Shown here one piece after another: positions 62,335 to 64,000 of a DNA stretch of 64,000 bases. The stretch spans positions 576,001 through 640,000 of the forward strand of contig CAWGVS010000012.1 of assembly GCA_963826115.1 (NCBI GenBank), in the 5' to 3' direction. Under the pieces are notes generated by a model. The model had not been told where the DNA came from. It did no database searches and saw only the letters and a program-made list of their open reading frames with translations. How positions within the stretch are numbered: the first letter of the stretch is position 1; each line of letters starts with the position of its first letter. The translations under genes and the position numbers were made by a program. This DNA is from an uncultured Candidatus Rokubacteria bacterium. GTDB lineage: Bacteria > Methylomirabilota > Methylomirabilia > Rokubacteriales > DASRDR01.

Positions 62335-62985
62335 GTGACAGCTGAAACCCGCACGTCGGACCCTCGCCGTGATCATCGGAGATGGCCAGTTTGCCCCCGC
62401 GTTGCCGCGGTGGCTGCCCTCGTGCTGCTCCTATGGCCGGCCCCTGGTAGTGCCCACCAGGCGAAGGAAGGCGGCCGACTCGCGAAGATCGGCCCGGCAC
62501 CGGAGTTCACGTTGACCACGACGGAGGGCGGTCGCCTGTCGCTCGGCGACCTGCGCGGCAAGGTGGTCGCGGTCACCTTCATCTATGCCACGTGCACGGA
62601 CACCTGTCCGCTCCTCACCGACAAGATGGTTGGGATGCAGAAGCGGCTCGGTCGTGACTTCGGTCCGAAAGTCCGGTTCGTGTCGATCACGGTGGATCCC
62701 GAGCGCGACACGCCCCAGATCCTCGCGCAGTACGCGCGGAACCACAGTGTCGACCCGGTGGGTTGGGCCTTCCTCACCGGCACACCGAGTGAGATCCGAG
62801 ACGTCGGACGACGGTATGGAATCTATGCCAAGAAGACCGACCGGGGCGATGTCGACCATACTGTCCTGACCTCGATCGTCGACCAGCACGGGATTCTCCG
62901 CGTCCAGTACCTCGGCATTCGCTTCGACCCCGAGGAATTCCTGCGGGACGTCCGGAGCCTCCTGCGCGAAGCGAAGGCTCCATGA
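62335..62985 (+). CDS. SCO family protein
   Basis: APEFTL, FIYATCTDTCP (CxxxC), SITVDPERDT, VDH. Confidence 0.93.
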   Translation: MTAETRTSDPRRDHRRWPVCPRVAAVAALVLLLWPAPGSAHQAKEGGRLAKIGPAPEFTLTTTEGGRLSLGDLRGKVVAVTFIYATCTDTCPLLTDKMVGMQKRLGRDFGPKVRFVSITVDPERDTPQILAQYARNHSVDPVGWAFLTGTPSEIRDVGRRYGIYAKKTDRGDVDHTVLTSIVDQHGILRVQYLGIRFDPEEFLRDVRSLLREAKAP

Positions 62986-64000
62986 TCCGCTGGCTCCCCC
63001 GGCTGGTTGCCCGCCTGCCACTGAGCGTCCACGGGAAGCTCCTGTTCGCCTTCCTGGCGATCGTCGGCCTGCTGATCGCGGTCGGCGCGGTGGGCCTCCA
63101 GGTGCTGAGCGGCGTGAACCGGCGCGCCGAGGACATGGTCAAGCTTCAGCGCAAGATCGCCGCCTACCGGCAGCTCCAGCACGACACGACGAGCCAGCTC
63201 TACGGCGTGTCCTCGGCCCTCCTCGTTCCCGACGACCGGACCCTCGAGGCGACGCTCCGCCAGCTGAACCAGTTCGGGTACGATCTCGACCGGCTCGCCT
63301 TCGTCGCCCAGGACGAGGTCGAGCTCTTCGGGCGCGTGCGCGAGGACTACGAGGAGTTCATCAAGATCGTCACCCAGGTGATCGAGCTGATCCGGGCCGG
63401 GAAGGGGCCGGCCGGCCGCGAGCTCCAGCTGAGCCGGGCCGGCCCTCTGGCCGACCGCCTCGAGCGGCTGACGAACGAGCTGGTGAACAAGGCCGAGGCG
63501 GACATGGTGGCCAGCATCGAGGCCAGCCAGGACGCTTACGTGACGTCCCAGCGGGTGGTCGTCGGGTTCGCGGTTGGAAGCATCTTGCTTGCGCTGGTCC
63601 TCGGCTACGGCATCTCGTGGTCCGTCATCGGGCCGGTGCAGCAGATGGACGTCCGGCTCCGCGAGATCGCCGGGGGCGACTTCGCCAAGCGCGTGGAGAT
63701 CTCGAACCGGGACGAGCTGGGCGCGCTGGCGGCGAACCTGAACCGGATGAGCGACGAGCTGGGCCGTGCTCTACCGCCAGCTCGCGGCGGCCAACCAGCA
63801 CAAGTCCGAGTTCCTGGCCAACATGTCCCACGAGCTCCGGACGCCGCTCAACGCGATCATCGGCTTCTCCGAGGTCCTCCACGAGCGGATGTTCGGCGAG
63901 CTCAACGAGAAGCAGGCCGAGTACATCCAGGACATCCTCGCCTCCGGCCGCCATCTGCTCTCGCTGATCAACGACATCCTGGATCTCTCGAAGGTGGAGG
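62982..64000 (+). CDS. HAMP-domain sensor histidine kinase, partial, frameshift near 63767
   Basis: [43 protein letters not shown]; H-box [24 protein letters not shown] in a shifted frame. Confidence 0.88.
   Translation, partial: MIRWLPRLVARLPLSVHGKLLFAFLAIVGLLIAVGAVGLQVLSGVNRRAEDMVKLQRKIAAYRQLQHDTTSQLYGVSSALLVPDDRTLEATLRQLNQFGYDLDRLAFVAQDEVELFGRVREDYEEFIKIVTQVIELIRAGKGPAGRELQLSRAGPLADRLERLTNELVNKAEADMVASIEASQDAYVTSQRVVVGFAVGSILLALVLGYGISWSVIGPVQQMDVRLREIAGGDFAKRVEISNRDELGALAANLNRMSDELGRALPPARGGQPAQVRVPGQHVPRAPDAAQRDHRLLRGPPRADVRRAQREAGRVHPGHPRLRPPSALADQRHPGSLEGG

Overview
High-GC bacterial DNA. The gene repertoire (PF04392-type and NMT1-type ABC binding proteins, zinc-ribbon/adenylate-cyclase/AAA/TPR proteins, family III CoA-transferases) suggests Ca. 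Rokubacteria/Methylomirabilota; this is inference. The window is a patchwork of about 45 metabolic, transport, surface-modification and signalling genes plus many short gene fragments. The main signal is non-coding. Eleven co-oriented copies of a 45-bp core (TGGTGAGCCGTGAAGGAATCGAACCTTCAACCTACTGATTAAGAG) equal the reverse complement of the 3' half of a tRNA-Lys(CTT), from the anticodon loop to CCA. They start at 5387, 17851, 22056, 23700, 34275, 36961, 45587, 47986, 49264, 53691 and 58360. Most have a terminator hairpin on one side. All have a ~125-bp arm on the other side, in several unrelated sequence types, and every arm ends in a pair of direct repeats 11 bp apart that begins 108-110 bp from the core. 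These att-like sites divide the window into 1.3-12.5 kb cargo modules. No module encodes an intact integrase; only a C-terminal tyrosine-integrase remnant survives at ~53.4-53.7 kb. I read this as a tRNA-anchored, integron-like cassette array, or at least an extreme site-specific accretion hotspot. The intact tRNA-Lys is predicted to lie to the right of the window. A canonical-looking 60-bp integron attC site is also present at 59840-59899. All calls are by eye, with no database searches.
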